The notes beneath the pieces are model-generated. The model was not told where the DNA came from. It saw only the letters and a list, made by a program, of their open reading frames with translations, and made no database searches. Made by a program: the position numbers and the translations under genes. A DNA stretch of 64,000 nt from positions 6,758,001 through 6,822,000 of the forward strand of contig CM120645.1 in the NCBI GenBank assembly GCA_051362555.1, written 5' to 3'. This DNA comes from Lingula anatina (Eukaryota > Animalia > Brachiopoda). Positions 62,351 through 64,000 of this stretch are shown here, in pieces; within the stretch, counting starts at the first letter, position 1, and the number at the start of each line of letters is the position of its first letter.

Positions 62351-63596
62351 TGACTTTTCATGTTTTATCGCACGAAATAATCTTCCTTGTCTCTAAAGAG
62401 GCTACTACACGTAGTCAAATTTTTAATAGTCAAAATTGCAGCGTTTTCAATTCTTCAAATTTGTATGATTTTCACTCATTTTACTATATTTTTATAGACC
62501 TTTTGTTGTTCAAGTTTTAGGGCCTTTAACGAGTAAAAATATAAAATAATCAAATTAAATCTATTTAGAGCAAACAATTAGTAAAGTGGATAACTATGTA
62601 AAAATGAAGTGAGATTAACGATCTAATACGATTTATTTTAAAATCACTCAACAAAAACTAGTGATAGTGCTTAACACTTTCACCTATGAAAAAATGAACA
62701 GTGCTTTTAACTACGCTACACCACACGCAGATGTCGACTCTACGCAGATGCGTTTCAGTTTTTTTCGTGCAGTGCATTTATTTGGCCAGTAGCCCATGTA
62801 TAAACAGAATTAGTCGTGTTGCGTTCTTGTACATTTTAATTATCATCTACCAAAGCAACACGTTGTATATACCGGGTACCTAAACCTCTAATATCTGGGG
62901 CATCTAAAATAGTAAACAAAATTAGAGTACAGACCGATACAATTATTTTGTAACAGACAATTAGAGGACCCTGTGTTCGGAGTGTTCAGAGGCACATTTT
63001 CCACCAGCCACAGTCAGAAGATTGACCACATTTAGCCCGACATTATCTGTTAATATCTAGTGAAAAATCAATCTGTGGCCCTGGTAGTGAGTAGTATATA
63101 CCCCTAAATAAGGTTCAAGACTGGTGTAATTATGCCTCGTGATTTATGTTATCTAAACCTAGCAATGAAATCTAAGATACGTGCACCTGCCCCGCCTACC
63201 AACAGTTTTGATTACGTGAATAAGTAATGCCAACCCTGAGGTTCGAAGTCTTAACCATGAGTCCCGGTCATCTACACCGGTATGAGTCCTCCAGTAATGT
63301 TCTGACTAATACATGTAGTATTTTTAAACTCAGGGTGTTTCTTCATAACGCAATACGTATATATTTACATGCATCACAGTCACAAAGCAATGTCTATAAC
63401 ACTTCAAAACAAGATTGTTAGTTATATGAAACCACTCCATGGCTTAAGCCTACTTGGACTATATATCACCGATATGCAAATAATTTAATAACCGTATGTA
63501 ACAACCCGTCCCACGAAGACAGAGAAAAAGAGAACTCGATCACAAAATTCTCCCACAGAGCGACCTGAACGACGATCCGTATGGGCTGCCCTTCGC

Positions 63597-63631
<35 letters not shown>

Positions 63632-63653
63632 TAATAATAATGATAATAATAAT
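63597..63653. repeat. (AAT)n microsatellite
   Basis: Read directly; a similar tract lies at 41543-41588. Confidence 0.95.
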
Positions 63654-64000
63654 AAACAATGCAATCGTGTTGGCGGTTTAGCACTGTGTGATACATGAAA
63701 ATATTACTAAGATCGTTCCGTTAGATCTACATGGGTCTAGTGTGAGTGTGCCCCTATACGCTTCACCTCATAGGCCCTTGTACACAGTTTTAGAGGCGAG
63801 GACCGATCATATCTTTACAATGGCATATTTCTGCGATATCTTAACGTCATATTTCAAGCACACACAAGGTTCTTTCACACAAAAATTGCATATAGGCACC
63901 CGTTCTTCCGATACATATCTATCATGTGCTCTTTTGCTATTTCTGTTCTTTGCCTTTAGGTTCTTATCGGCGCATATCTTTTTAATGTGAAAACAAGATT

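Overview
Eukaryotic, AT-rich, microsatellite-rich genomic DNA from a bilaterian animal, probably a marine invertebrate; it is not prokaryotic and has no CRISPR array. Four protein-coding genes are supported. (1) The last two exons of an inter-alpha-trypsin inhibitor heavy chain (ITIH)-like gene (+, 1-678). (2) A single-exon SREB-family orphan GPCR, GPR85/GPR27/GPR173-like (+, ~6130/6199-7383). (3) A single-coding-exon KLF15-like zinc-finger transcription factor (-, 16302-17414). (4) A phosphoinositide phospholipase C of delta-type architecture (PH-EF-X-Y-C2, ending after C2) on the minus strand, reconstructed by hand as 19 phase-consistent coding exons (35200-55540, 962 aa). The most unusual observation is the PLC's phase-compatible first exon, which has a perfect Kozak ATG and encodes two hydrophobic, transmembrane-like segments, i.e. 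a candidate integral-membrane PLC. The PLC also contains a clear U12-type (minor spliceosome) intron between the PH and EF-hand exons, with nearby cryptic splice signals. Other features include several MITE-like inverted-repeat elements, a compound minisatellite, RFX X-boxes upstream of the GPCR, and a strong excess of TACATGTA/TAGGCCTA palindromes resembling Tc1/mariner excision footprints. All calls come from manual reading; no database searches were run.
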